Origin: Bacilli bacterium
Lineage (GTDB): Bacteria; Bacillota_I; Bacilli_A; RFN20; DUOF01
DNA length: 64,000 nt
Direction: 5' to 3'
Assembly (NCBI GenBank): GCA_045128835.1
Contig: JBGVRX010000011.1
Coordinates: forward strand, 31,548 to 95,547
Position numbers and translations under genes: made by a program. Each line of letters begins with the position of its first letter. The first letter of the stretch is position 1. The notes under the pieces are model-generated. The model ran no database searches. It was not told the DNA's origin and worked only from the letters and a program-made list of their open reading frames with translations. This document shows positions 42,601 to 50,054 of this stretch, one piece after another.

Positions 42601-42715
42601 TAATTCCTTCTAATTCAAAATTACTTGTATCAGCACTTACCTTGTCATTTGAGCACACAAAAAAGCCAAACAACATAATTGCTATTAGCATAAAATATGA
42701 TTTAAATTTCTTCAT
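33662..42715 (-). CDS. Giant (~3000 aa) surface protein/adhesin with GLUG-like and MBG-like repeats, C-terminal membrane anchor
   Basis: Signal peptide (VSA-D), four N-terminal beta-rich repeats, GTYENPYEI...FTGHFDG...GLFG region, many YDG/NAGTY/YGD repeats, C-terminal TM plus KRR. Confidence 0.85.
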   Translation of the reverse strand: MKKFKSYFMLIAIMLFGFFVCSNDKVSADTSNFELEGITVTSKGDYPFENAIKDETNVIKSTNVGEDETKSTLTLTFTGIGEISFDYLVSSEQSWDVITISVNGAEMVTDSGNEGVWKKFSWYSEENQTNSIVVEYSKDISNSRGDDCCYLKGLSFDNTLYSPLLNFSIDGVAYNSESIIYYTYESNSGILSFANATNYNVVVKLNGVEVVGSEFSYNLKNNENYKINNNIEISYNLESYKTRNFSLIYNASLNTVASNGLTFVNDSKNMYVLEEYDGDVAIKSTNTKDGSYSELYMDVFGSGVFSFSYLMSGRENFDYFRVYVAGDKIIEETGNFDRFTNVSLNFYEVKNYRIIFSYYSNNGAYAVGDDCFYLKNVAFDAVEFSSVAEVKVNNEIVVNGSKVVIDKNEEYNVTVGEVEEDVTVLVSINGIKVEYNEEKSAYVLSGLREANAVEVAFSSGETISRTILFYLYEEKLVGDSFFINDEVNPFVRDIYDGDEIIRSNIKGLSNTTSAMSFIAPARGILDFEYLALTEDGDLLIVKVNDEVVLKTSNSRIWKRVRLNLFENDVVTFSYEKDAYGNDEIDAVYFGSLMFEEKLYAEFVGATIGGSDFRVGTDTIYFDWENTNPVIVFEELLESQSVVVKINGNIVNPNVDGNYNLSEYLEYTNDIIVIVSEVGFDDLEISFKYNAHLITDENISYSSSLGFVLTEVDNESVVSINPECTELNGEILSLRSSGKGYFNMSFKYFTHTNLTITICIDLMECINVNDDNYSVNEWHTLKTSFYDSDDHFVTIKVDGEYYYSDTDYLYMKDFSFVSEESILNLVEGEGTAESPFDFEAMLEKLDEISVSDFEYKTINSTNSTKIFVKGVAGYTYTLNGQVLEFDNVIELNLNERGKSTLIISNGVTNFNTYYYNQGIEGTSISTGYGTYENPYEIFSVEQFKEISNIREYYYYVLRHDLELSGEWIGIGTYDVPFTGHFDGGNFKVTGLVISSGQFNGLFGVVSDATIKNLTIENPAITGGLIVGTLAGYINNTEIANVKVINTNISLQYVDDEELLLVAGGIVGQAQNASFHEVSASGSVKVSSIYQSATGGLSGVGGSFYNSTASVDVEGTGFVGGAIGYSNYATLSNVVVSGNVKLSNNYVEESSLGIIVSDEDLYIQNSIHKISGSYTSTNEVVSARLFGLGLVKEGFEVSLNNGNFSVDVVFNTNEGNNLYGNYASVSGYVILFVMSDGTHKYYEVFDLEDNRIVSKDIAIDLDTVKSYSSDLENLDVDTNSSLYSVVELDGVEVSSYLTVTVSDVTTFEHLSLIINYGIPVTLGDYYTYGVSNLTINFVLGANLDFTSSSFKGLAISKAFPYMGSIDGNYKEITLAMNNANSRLGAFINYASSDAATIIKNLTLKGNITAKYYAAFVGEFVGANSEIEFRNITNYMELNADKSTALLISLDSIKATFVDCTNYAEFDSSVFFSGRGSNVYYSGVNKNYGLARKNGNKESVNYVFFGISNVNASDENSKLENYYTLSVGEKDVELTIDGQKYVSDDSGLIIFAMNNDNLYASVISGALLVEKEYTLNSTFVGQILVPKSVEFDADNSVLEVDSKNEWILKGIVTFSDGSTEELTLNANLSEDDLLGDELVFVDTELVHETYRVIEKVTLKRITLMLDEYKTAFDELNGASEEFIYKANAIKTKYNLLNNRYTAENVSEETLEYYNNYLEANNIREEDLNDWLDVIVKDIRLKDTYLEIIYGDEAIVEVIVEYLSGNLEEKTIEFDYSLEDIVERNVTIKSKEVFASTKGETVVYNEYITFTVPLRSKTLTATVEQHEFEYDGAKKELDLKIEFANKFNDTISNLTIVYIDEQGNAVEPINAGIYRVAASFDITNSEYYNLGEIRVENLVINPKEVEVIWEGEISGTYTGEERINDISAYYVEDGNNISVGFNFDSIKNAGEYVVSVVFENENYKATEETQSKTFTITKADLTISIADYEISYKESVPNIIISSSGVLGDDKVQVIYSIVKDNVHYELSANLECGVYDLLIVLNNDLELEENYNITLNEGTLKIVGIDTEIISDDTVTYVYRGTDFIGKYAKVKLKDANGDEVLNPTFNYTYTKNGETVDSAIGVGTYSVKIEFVSTQVYNGCEKVITLVIEKSVVAITIDNKISSYGDPIVPLTYQITSGVVHSEASLNLQLIKEEGKTVGKYAITATYDNSNYDITFVNGEYEITQRELHIKIDNKESDYLEELKLLTYTTTGTVVEGDDLNIVLTKEDGLNAGTYLISGTYDNDQYAVYFEDGIYTINKLDIEGVTFEDVTVTYDGKNVEFGVSNKILSDNNEADVVYYVEEDVIQNIVNAGTYEVKAIMRNRNYNELVLTAIIEVKKAENTLGYGTVSEEYEYSSAGVDYRLDNIAFADGRNATVTYIVLKDKVVVDKILGLGEYIVLAQIDDDLNNYISVVSSKTITVVQKRLVVEYGATTLVYNANKQHPTISSSESYEMAFNTEDGEAPVNVGKYTMTIKPVNNNYRIINSVINFEIIQLEVAFDNFVDKEQTYCACSFVNDITTSNIDVFDDAVVVYEYYRGNEKVQDMVGAGVYTIKVVSIEGEDAANYKLSDNNTITLTIVPKAIEVTPVQTSKTFGDTNPNIEYILSEDLFEGDSIDGTLGRESGEDVGEYLINLGTLDAGSNYVLSISEDEVYFVINPKPIEINYDKNAEFYYDGTEQILDVTLVGEAHVEYEGNRINVGSYTIKVIVDDTNYCLPKDYEDITVVINKRDVKDSITVEQTEYDYTGENIVPVVDCGGYECVIKYLSGTNEVNSIVNPGTYVINVVVNTKNDSADVNIEIEVKKAKGTSKEVTLDIYHNRIIVELQMDLEYRIDNGEYTSSNIFTGLRENTSYRISVRVKESDLMYASDPVIYEIKTTKNPSIIHESIDKLTDEVNEKNLKLIKEIEKNLKDVNVKELDAQKLEFYETLKTKFEKAMDSYEENLTTSNKLADFVEFGVIMSMVVIPMLAVLFITKRRFESL

Positions 42716-42808
42716 TCTATTGCCTCCTACTTCTTGCAAAAAACTACCGCTACTTTAGTATAACTAAAAAACTCAATATATTAAATAAACTAAGCCATAA
42801 ATGTTAAC

Positions 42809-44674
42809 TTAATTTCTAATTTTGCTCGCTCTCATAGAGTTTATTATTGATAAAACACACAAACCAACATCTGAAAAGATAGCTAACCACATATTTACAT
42901 ACCCAAATAAGCTAAGTATCATGAAAACTATTTTTAAACTCATTATGCAAATCAAATTCATTAAAATGATTTTCCTAACCTTCTTAGCAAATTCAAATGC
43001 CACGCCAATGTTTTCCAAATTATCATTTTCTATAACAATATCACTATATTCTATAGAGGCATCACTACCTCTCATCCCCATAGAAACAGAAACATCCGCC
43101 AAAGATATAGATAAAGTATCATTAACACCATCACCAACAAACATTGTTTGTCCTTCTTTAATGATTTCTTCCAGTTTTTTCATTTTTTCTTCAGGTAATA
43201 ATCCAGAATAATACTCGTCAAAATTTAATTCCTTGCTAACTTTTTTACAAACTTCCTCGTTATCGCCACTTAACATAATCTTTCTATAACCACTTAAAGA
43301 TTCCATGGCTTTATATGAATTTTCTTTTATCTTATCTTCTAAGGTAACATATCCTAAATATTCCTTATTAACAGCCAAATGAACGCAAGTTTCTTTTATG
43401 TCTTCACAAGCAATATTTTTATCTTGCATAAGTTTAAAACTGCCTGCATAAATAGTACTTCCATCTTCTAAAGAAGTTATCATACCTTTACCTGCTAATT
43501 GCTCACTTTTAATTATTTTATTCACATTAATTTTAATGTCATTAAAATGACTTTTTATACTTGTAGATATTGGATGATTTGAATTGTATTGACTCAACAA
43601 TAAAAGTTCCTCACTATTCTCTTTTAAACTCACTTTACTAACGCTAAATTTACCTTCGCTTATTGTTCCGGTTTTATCAAAAGCGATGTTTTTAACTCTA
43701 TATAAAGTATCCAAAAAATTTGCACCTTTAATCAAAACACCTCTTTTACTAGCCCCACCAATCGCAGCGAAATACGTTATCGGAACAGAAATAATAATTG
43801 CGCATGGGCAAGAAATCAATAGAAACGTTAATGCTATATATACAGTGTCTTTTATATCGCCTATTTGAAAAATCCATGATCCCAAAACAATAGAAACAGC
43901 AACCAAAATAACAATTGGCGTATAAATTCTTGCTATTTTTCTTATAATTTTATCGCTTTTACTCTTTCTATCACTTGCATCCTCTACTAATGATAAAACT
44001 TTATTTATTTTGCTATCTTTATATTCTCGTAAGACTTCGATTTCCAAAACCTCACCACAATTAATAACCCCAGAGAAAAGTTCATCACCACAAATAACCT
44101 CTTTAGGTAAAGATTCCCCGGTCAAATTACTTTCATCTATATAACCGTTACCTTTACAAATTTTTCCATCTACTGGTAATAAATCTCCTTTTTTCAGGAT
44201 TATTATATCTCCTATTTTAAGTTCTTTAGGATCTACTTCTACTGTATCATTTCCCTTTTTTAAGTACGATTTGCTCTTACTAACCCCAACAAGTTTGACA
44301 ATAGATTCCCTAGACTTTTCTACAGCTTTGCCTTGAAGCAATTCTCCTACAATGAATAATAACATAACCATTATAGACTCATGATATTCACCCACAAAAA
44401 ACGCCCCAACAGTAGCGATTATCATAAGCAAAAACTCACTGAAAATATCTCCTTCTTTAACTCCGTTAAAAGCCTCTAAAAATATATCATATGAAATAAA
44501 CAAATAAGCACCTATTGTAATGAACAAACTCACATTACCGTTGTCTTCAAATATATGTTCTAAAATTAGCGCTAATATTGCAACCGCAATTTTAATCCCT
44601 AATATCCAGTAATTAGTTTTTTCAACCTCTTCATGGTGATGATGACAATTACATTCACAACATTTACATCCCAT
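42809..44674 (-). CDS. Heavy-metal P1B-type ATPase (Zn/Cd)
   Basis: TGES, SCPC, DKTGT, HP, GDGVND; N-terminal CKCCECNCHHHH. Confidence 0.93.
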   Translation of the reverse strand: MGCKCCECNCHHHHEEVEKTNYWILGIKIAVAILALILEHIFEDNGNVSLFITIGAYLFISYDIFLEAFNGVKEGDIFSEFLLMIIATVGAFFVGEYHESIMVMLLFIVGELLQGKAVEKSRESIVKLVGVSKSKSYLKKGNDTVEVDPKELKIGDIIILKKGDLLPVDGKICKGNGYIDESNLTGESLPKEVICGDELFSGVINCGEVLEIEVLREYKDSKINKVLSLVEDASDRKSKSDKIIRKIARIYTPIVILVAVSIVLGSWIFQIGDIKDTVYIALTFLLISCPCAIIISVPITYFAAIGGASKRGVLIKGANFLDTLYRVKNIAFDKTGTISEGKFSVSKVSLKENSEELLLLSQYNSNHPISTSIKSHFNDIKINVNKIIKSEQLAGKGMITSLEDGSTIYAGSFKLMQDKNIACEDIKETCVHLAVNKEYLGYVTLEDKIKENSYKAMESLSGYRKIMLSGDNEEVCKKVSKELNFDEYYSGLLPEEKMKKLEEIIKEGQTMFVGDGVNDTLSISLADVSVSMGMRGSDASIEYSDIVIENDNLENIGVAFEFAKKVRKIILMNLICIMSLKIVFMILSLFGYVNMWLAIFSDVGLCVLSIINSMRASKIRN

Positions 44675-44838
44675 CAAAATTCCCCCAATCACATATTGAT
44701 TATACTCTTTTAATAAAAAAATTTGTTTATATACACTAATTTTTGTTAAAAATAAAAAGTTAATAGATAATAATTTTATTATTATAATGCAAATTGATTT
44801 ATATTTTGTTATAATTGTTAAGCGAAAGAAGGTATTAT

Positions 44839-46506
44839 ATGAACGATTTTAATGAATTAGCGGATCTAATATTCCCTAATGTTACTCAAACTATTGAAGA
44901 TTTAGAAAAACAATATCCTGTAAGAAATTTAAAGGAAGGTGCTTATGTGACTAGATTTGCTCCATCTCCTACTGGTTTCTTACATTCAGGATCTTTATTT
45001 ACTACTCTAGTAGATTATTTCTTTGCTAAACAAACTGGTGGTGTTTTCTATATAAGACTTGAAGACACTGACCAAAAAAGAGAAATCGAAGGAAGCGGTA
45101 ATACACTATTAAACGAATTAGCAAAATTCAACATCATTCCAGATGAAGGATATATGGGAGATCACGAAAAAGGAGAATATGGCCCTTATACGCAATCAAA
45201 AAGATCTCACATTTACGATATAGTTATTAAAGATTTATTAAGAAAAGGTTTAGCATATCCTTGTTTCTGTTCTAGTGAAGAATTAGAAGAATTAAGAAGA
45301 ATGCAAGAAAAGAAAAAAATCAGACCTGGATATTATGGTAAATATGCTAAATTCCATTCAATCACTCCAAGTGAAGCTATAGAAAGAATCAAAAACGGAG
45401 AACCATACATTATAAGATTCAAATCGAGTGGTAATGAAAACAACAAGATAACTGTTTACGATGAAATTAGAGGTAAACTTGAATTAACAGAAAACGATTT
45501 AGATATCGTTATTCGTAAAGGTGATGGCCTTCCTACTTATCACTTTGCTCATTTAGTAGATGATCACTTCATGCACACAAATCTAGTAATAAGAGGAGAA
45601 GAATGGTTACCTTCACTTCCTATTCACTATGAACTATTCAAAACTATGAATTGGGAATTTCCTAAATATGCGCATTTACCTGTAGTTATGAAAATCGGCG
45701 AAAACGGTTCAAGAAGAAAACTATCTAAACGTTTAGATGCAGAAGCTGCAGTATCATACTTCTTAGATAATGGTTATCCAAAAAATGGATTAATTGAATA
45801 TCTATTAACTATTATCAACTCTAACTTTGAAGAATGGAGAATGGAAAACCCAAGAGCAGATCTTTCTGAGTTCAAACTAACATTCGAAAAATTCTCATTT
45901 GATGGAGCTTTGTTTGATTTAGACAAAATCAAAAACATTTGTAAAGAAAACCTATCTAAAATGAATAAAAAAGAAATTACTGATGAAACTTATACATGGG
46001 CATCTGCTTATGATTTAGAATTAAAAGAATTAATCGACAGAGATAGAAATTATTTTGAAGAAATAATGAATATCGAAAGAGAAATAGAAAAGCCTAGAAA
46101 AGACTACGAAAAATATAGTGATATTAAAGAAAGCGTATTATTCTTCTATGATGAACATTATAACGAAATGTTAAAAGAAGAATTACCATTCAACCCTGCT
46201 ATTTCTAAAGAAGATACAATAAATGTATTAAATACATTCATAAAAGAAAATGATACAACATTAGACGAAGCAGAATGGTTTAACAACTTAAAAAGAATTG
46301 CTGTACTTTGCGGTTTCTGTGATAATGTAAAAGAATACAAAAAGAACAAAGAAGCTTACAAAGGCCATATCGGTGATGTAGCATCTATCGTTAGAATTGC
46401 TATGTGTACTAAAACAAAATCACCTAACCTATACAACATTCTTCAAATCTTAGGAAAAGATAGATACGAAGAAAGAATAAATAAAATTATTAATATCATC
46501 AAATAA
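44839..46506 (+). CDS. gltX: Glutamate--tRNA ligase (long form)
   Basis: RFAPSPTG, EDTD, AYPCFC, PTYHFA, RGEEW, KLSKR. Confidence 0.96.
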   Translation: MNDFNELADLIFPNVTQTIEDLEKQYPVRNLKEGAYVTRFAPSPTGFLHSGSLFTTLVDYFFAKQTGGVFYIRLEDTDQKREIEGSGNTLLNELAKFNIIPDEGYMGDHEKGEYGPYTQSKRSHIYDIVIKDLLRKGLAYPCFCSSEELEELRRMQEKKKIRPGYYGKYAKFHSITPSEAIERIKNGEPYIIRFKSSGNENNKITVYDEIRGKLELTENDLDIVIRKGDGLPTYHFAHLVDDHFMHTNLVIRGEEWLPSLPIHYELFKTMNWEFPKYAHLPVVMKIGENGSRRKLSKRLDAEAAVSYFLDNGYPKNGLIEYLLTIINSNFEEWRMENPRADLSEFKLTFEKFSFDGALFDLDKIKNICKENLSKMNKKEITDETYTWASAYDLELKELIDRDRNYFEEIMNIEREIEKPRKDYEKYSDIKESVLFFYDEHYNEMLKEELPFNPAISKEDTINVLNTFIKENDTTLDEAEWFNNLKRIAVLCGFCDNVKEYKKNKEAYKGHIGDVASIVRIAMCTKTKSPNLYNILQILGKDRYEERINKIINIIK

Positions 46507-46510
46507 AAAT

Positions 46511-46573
46511 GAGGACTTAAATGTCCTCTTTTTTATATATTTAAATAAAGAAAAAGTGCTTTTTCAAGCACTT
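46511..46573. terminator. Back-to-back terminators for gltX (+) and degV (-)
   Basis: gaggac/gtcctc plus T6 (46511-46534); aagtgctt/aagcactt (46551-46573). Confidence 0.7.
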
Positions 46574-47417
46574 ATTTTAATATATATAGAATTCCAATTG
46601 TTCCCTTACCACAGTGAGAACTAATTACGCAACCTGCATTAGTTTCTTCTACTACGGCATCACTAATTTCATTATTTAAAGTTTCTTTTATATAAGCAGC
46701 ATCTTCATCAGCATATGTATGAGTAACCATTACGCAATCTTTATGAATATTATCTTTGTTAGCAATAATATCGTCAAGCATTACTTTTAATCCTTTTCTT
46801 TTACCAATAGTTTTAGCTAAAACATCTAATTTACCATCAGTAACTGCTATAACAGGTTTTAGACGAGCCAACGTACCAATAAATCTAGCAACACCGCCGC
46901 ATCTTCCGCCTTTATGTAAATATTCTAAAGAATCTACAACAAACTTAGAACGAACATTAGGAACCAAAGCATCAATTTCTGCCTTTATTTCCTTTGCATT
47001 CTTACCTTCTTTTGCTAACTTTGCAGCCTTTAAAACTAACAAACCAACACCAGTTGATAAGTTTGCACTATCGCTAACTTGTACTTTATCAGTATCTAAG
47101 TCTTCTTTTGCTAACATCGCATTTGCATATGTTGAAGATAATTTACTTCCAATACCTGTATAGAACACTTCATAGCCTTCATCTAGGTATTGTTTGAATA
47201 ATGAAATGAAATCTCCTACAGAACAAGCTGCTGTCTTAGGTAGTTTTTTATTTATCTTTACTAGTTCATACAATTTTTCAGAAGTGATTTCAACACCATC
47301 CTTATACATATCAGCATCAAAAGAAACATATAAAGGAATAATTTTAACATTATTCTCTTCGATAAGTTTTTTAGATAAATCACATGTACTATCTGTTATA
47401 ACGATTACTTTTCCCAT
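46572..47417 (-). CDS. DegV/FakB fatty-acid-binding protein
   Basis: ITDSTCDL, PKTA, LSST, LEYLHKGGR, ISSHCG. Confidence 0.93.
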   Translation of the reverse strand: MGKVIVITDSTCDLSKKLIEENNVKIIPLYVSFDADMYKDGVEITSEKLYELVKINKKLPKTAACSVGDFISLFKQYLDEGYEVFYTGIGSKLSSTYANAMLAKEDLDTDKVQVSDSANLSTGVGLLVLKAAKLAKEGKNAKEIKAEIDALVPNVRSKFVVDSLEYLHKGGRCGGVARFIGTLARLKPVIAVTDGKLDVLAKTIGKRKGLKVMLDDIIANKDNIHKDCVMVTHTYADEDAAYIKETLNNEISDAVVEETNAGCVISSHCGKGTIGILYILK

Positions 47418-47495
47418 ATTTACACTCCCCTTAAATAACTTCCTTATATATTCTATAGATTTTATCTATAATTTAATATCTTTTTCTACCTTTTT

Positions 47496-50054
47496 TTAAA
47501 AATCATCGCCTAGAAGATCTAAAATAGAAATTTTCTCATATGAATCTTCCTCTTTCTTTTCTTCTGCCGGTTCTTCTTTCTTCTCTATTGTAAAATGCTC
47601 TGCTTCAACATGGAATGTAGGTGTATTAGAATCAACACACGCAACTTGAAGAGTTGAAGTAACAACAACTAACTCCTTATCTTTTAAATCTAATTCTCCC
47701 CTAATATTCTTATCAAAAGGTTGAGCTCTTTCACTAACATCAACTTCAATAATTTCATTTTTATTAGTTAATGCATACGCTTTTTTAGTTTCATCAACCA
47801 TACCAAAACCTACGGCTTTATGAGGATCAGATTTGAAACATTTATAAACTGGAGTTGCTTTATTTGTTCTTAATGTTAAATTAACATTTCTTGGGTTGAT
47901 TACTTTGTGTCCACCTTTATCTGTAACTAAATATGTTAATTTAGTATTCTCACCAGTTAAAACAACGCATCCAATTAAATTACCTGTTTTAGCTACATCA
48001 TTAACAGCCTTAACACCACCAGATTTAAGACCAACGATAGGAACTCCACCTTCATGATATCTAAGTACATTTCCAGTTTCGCTAATTACAACAACTTCAC
48101 TATCTCCATCACTGTAAGCAGCACCTACCATTGCATCATCTGCCTTTAAGCTCATACACTTAACTGGTTTAGTATATCTTTGAACTTTGAATTCTTCTAA
48201 ACTTGATTTTTTAACAAAACCTTTCTTAGAAACCATTACAATATTAATATCTTTCTTGAAGTCTTTTACAAGTAAAGCCCCAATAATATATTCTTCACTA
48301 GTCAAAGTAACTACATTATTTATATGAACCCCTTCATCTTTCCATTTGCCTTCAGAAAGTTCAAAGACTGGAATATATAAATAATTTCCTTTATTTGTAA
48401 ATAACAATAATGTATCTACTGTATTAGCTTGTGTTATTGCTATCAAGATATCATTTTCTTTAGTTGCAGGTAAACTTCCTTCACTAGCACTATAAGATTT
48501 CAACGATGATCTCTTACAGTATCCTTTTCTAGAAATACTTACCATAACTTCTTCTTTAGAAACCATAGCCATCTTATCAATAACCAAATCATCAACTTGA
48601 TCTTGAATAACGCTCTTTCTTTCTACTGCATAAATTTTCTTTATCTCGTTTAATTCACTAATAATAAGTTTTTTCATTTTCTTATCATCTTCAAGTAAAG
48701 AATTTAATTCTATGCAAAGAGCCTCTAAAGATTTTTGTTCATCTTTAAGCATTGTGATATCTGTAGAAGATAAACGATATAATTGCATCATTACAACTGC
48801 TTCTGATTGTTTTTCACTCAATCCAAATCTTTCTTGTAATTTACTCTTACATTCAGCCTTGTCTTTACTAGATCTAATTAATTTAATAACTTCATCTAGG
48901 TTGTTAATTGCTATTATTAATCCTTCAATAATATGAAGTCTTGCTTTAGCTTTATTCAATTCAAATACAGTTCTTCTTGTATCAACATCAATTTGATGCG
49001 CAATATAAGCATCTAAAATTTGAGTTAAAGACATCAACATAGGTCTTTTATTAGATATAGCAATAACGTTGTAGTTATAATTTATTTGAAGAGATGTTTG
49101 CTTCATTAAATAATTTAAAATAACATTTGCATCAACATCTTTCTTTAAATCAATGGCAATTCTAATTCCTACTTCTTTATCAGATTCATCTCTAACTTCA
49201 ACGATTCCATCAACTTTCTTGTCAAACACAAGTTGATCTATACTTCTAACTAAATCACTTTTAACTACCTCAAAAGGTATTTCTGTGATAATGATTTGTT
49301 TCCCAGACTTAGTCTCAACAATCTCTGTTTTAGACTTAATAACGCACTTACCTCTACCAGTTTTAAAGGCTTCTAAGATACCTTCTTTTCCTTGAACAAT
49401 ACCGCCTGTTGGAAAATCTGGGCCTTTTATAAATTCCATTAAATCTTCAGTAGTACAATTTTTGTTTTTAATTCTATGTATTGTTGCATCAATAACCTCT
49501 CCTAAATTGTGTGGAGGAATCTCTGTTGCATAACCCGCAGCAATACCTTTAGAACCATTTACTAAAAGATTTGGGAATCTACAAGGAAGAACTGTTGGTT
49601 CAAGAGAAGTATCATCAAATGTATAAGCCATTGTTACCGTATCTTTTTCAATATCTTTTAATAGTTGGCTTGATATATTACTTAATCTTGCTTCAGTATA
49701 ACGCATTGCCGCAGCAGGGTCATTATCTATAGAACCGTTGTTACCTTGCATATCAATAAGTGGGGCATTTTGCTTCCACCATTGAGACATTCTCACCATT
49801 GCATCATATACACTAGTATCACCATGTGGGTGATAGTTACCAATAACCACACCGACTGTTTTAGCACTCTTACGAGTTGGTTTATTATAAGTATTTCCCT
49901 CAACATGCATTGCATATAAAATTCTTCTTTGAACTGGTTTTAAACCGTCTCTAACATCAGGAAGAGCTCTATCTTGAATAATATATTTTGAATATCTACC
50001 AAATCTATCACCAAATATATCCTCTAAAGGAAACACTAAATTTCTATCACCCAT
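47496..50054 (-). CDS. parC: DNA topoisomerase IV subunit A
   Basis: YSKYIIQDRALPDVRDGLKPVQRR, YHPHGD, AAMRYTE; plsY-parE-parC synteny. Confidence 0.93.
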   Translation of the reverse strand: MGDRNLVFPLEDIFGDRFGRYSKYIIQDRALPDVRDGLKPVQRRILYAMHVEGNTYNKPTRKSAKTVGVVIGNYHPHGDTSVYDAMVRMSQWWKQNAPLIDMQGNNGSIDNDPAAAMRYTEARLSNISSQLLKDIEKDTVTMAYTFDDTSLEPTVLPCRFPNLLVNGSKGIAAGYATEIPPHNLGEVIDATIHRIKNKNCTTEDLMEFIKGPDFPTGGIVQGKEGILEAFKTGRGKCVIKSKTEIVETKSGKQIIITEIPFEVVKSDLVRSIDQLVFDKKVDGIVEVRDESDKEVGIRIAIDLKKDVDANVILNYLMKQTSLQINYNYNVIAISNKRPMLMSLTQILDAYIAHQIDVDTRRTVFELNKAKARLHIIEGLIIAINNLDEVIKLIRSSKDKAECKSKLQERFGLSEKQSEAVVMMQLYRLSSTDITMLKDEQKSLEALCIELNSLLEDDKKMKKLIISELNEIKKIYAVERKSVIQDQVDDLVIDKMAMVSKEEVMVSISRKGYCKRSSLKSYSASEGSLPATKENDILIAITQANTVDTLLLFTNKGNYLYIPVFELSEGKWKDEGVHINNVVTLTSEEYIIGALLVKDFKKDINIVMVSKKGFVKKSSLEEFKVQRYTKPVKCMSLKADDAMVGAAYSDGDSEVVVISETGNVLRYHEGGVPIVGLKSGGVKAVNDVAKTGNLIGCVVLTGENTKLTYLVTDKGGHKVINPRNVNLTLRTNKATPVYKCFKSDPHKAVGFGMVDETKKAYALTNKNEIIEVDVSERAQPFDKNIRGELDLKDKELVVVTSTLQVACVDSNTPTFHVEAEHFTIEKKEEPAEEKKEEDSYEKISILDLLGDDF

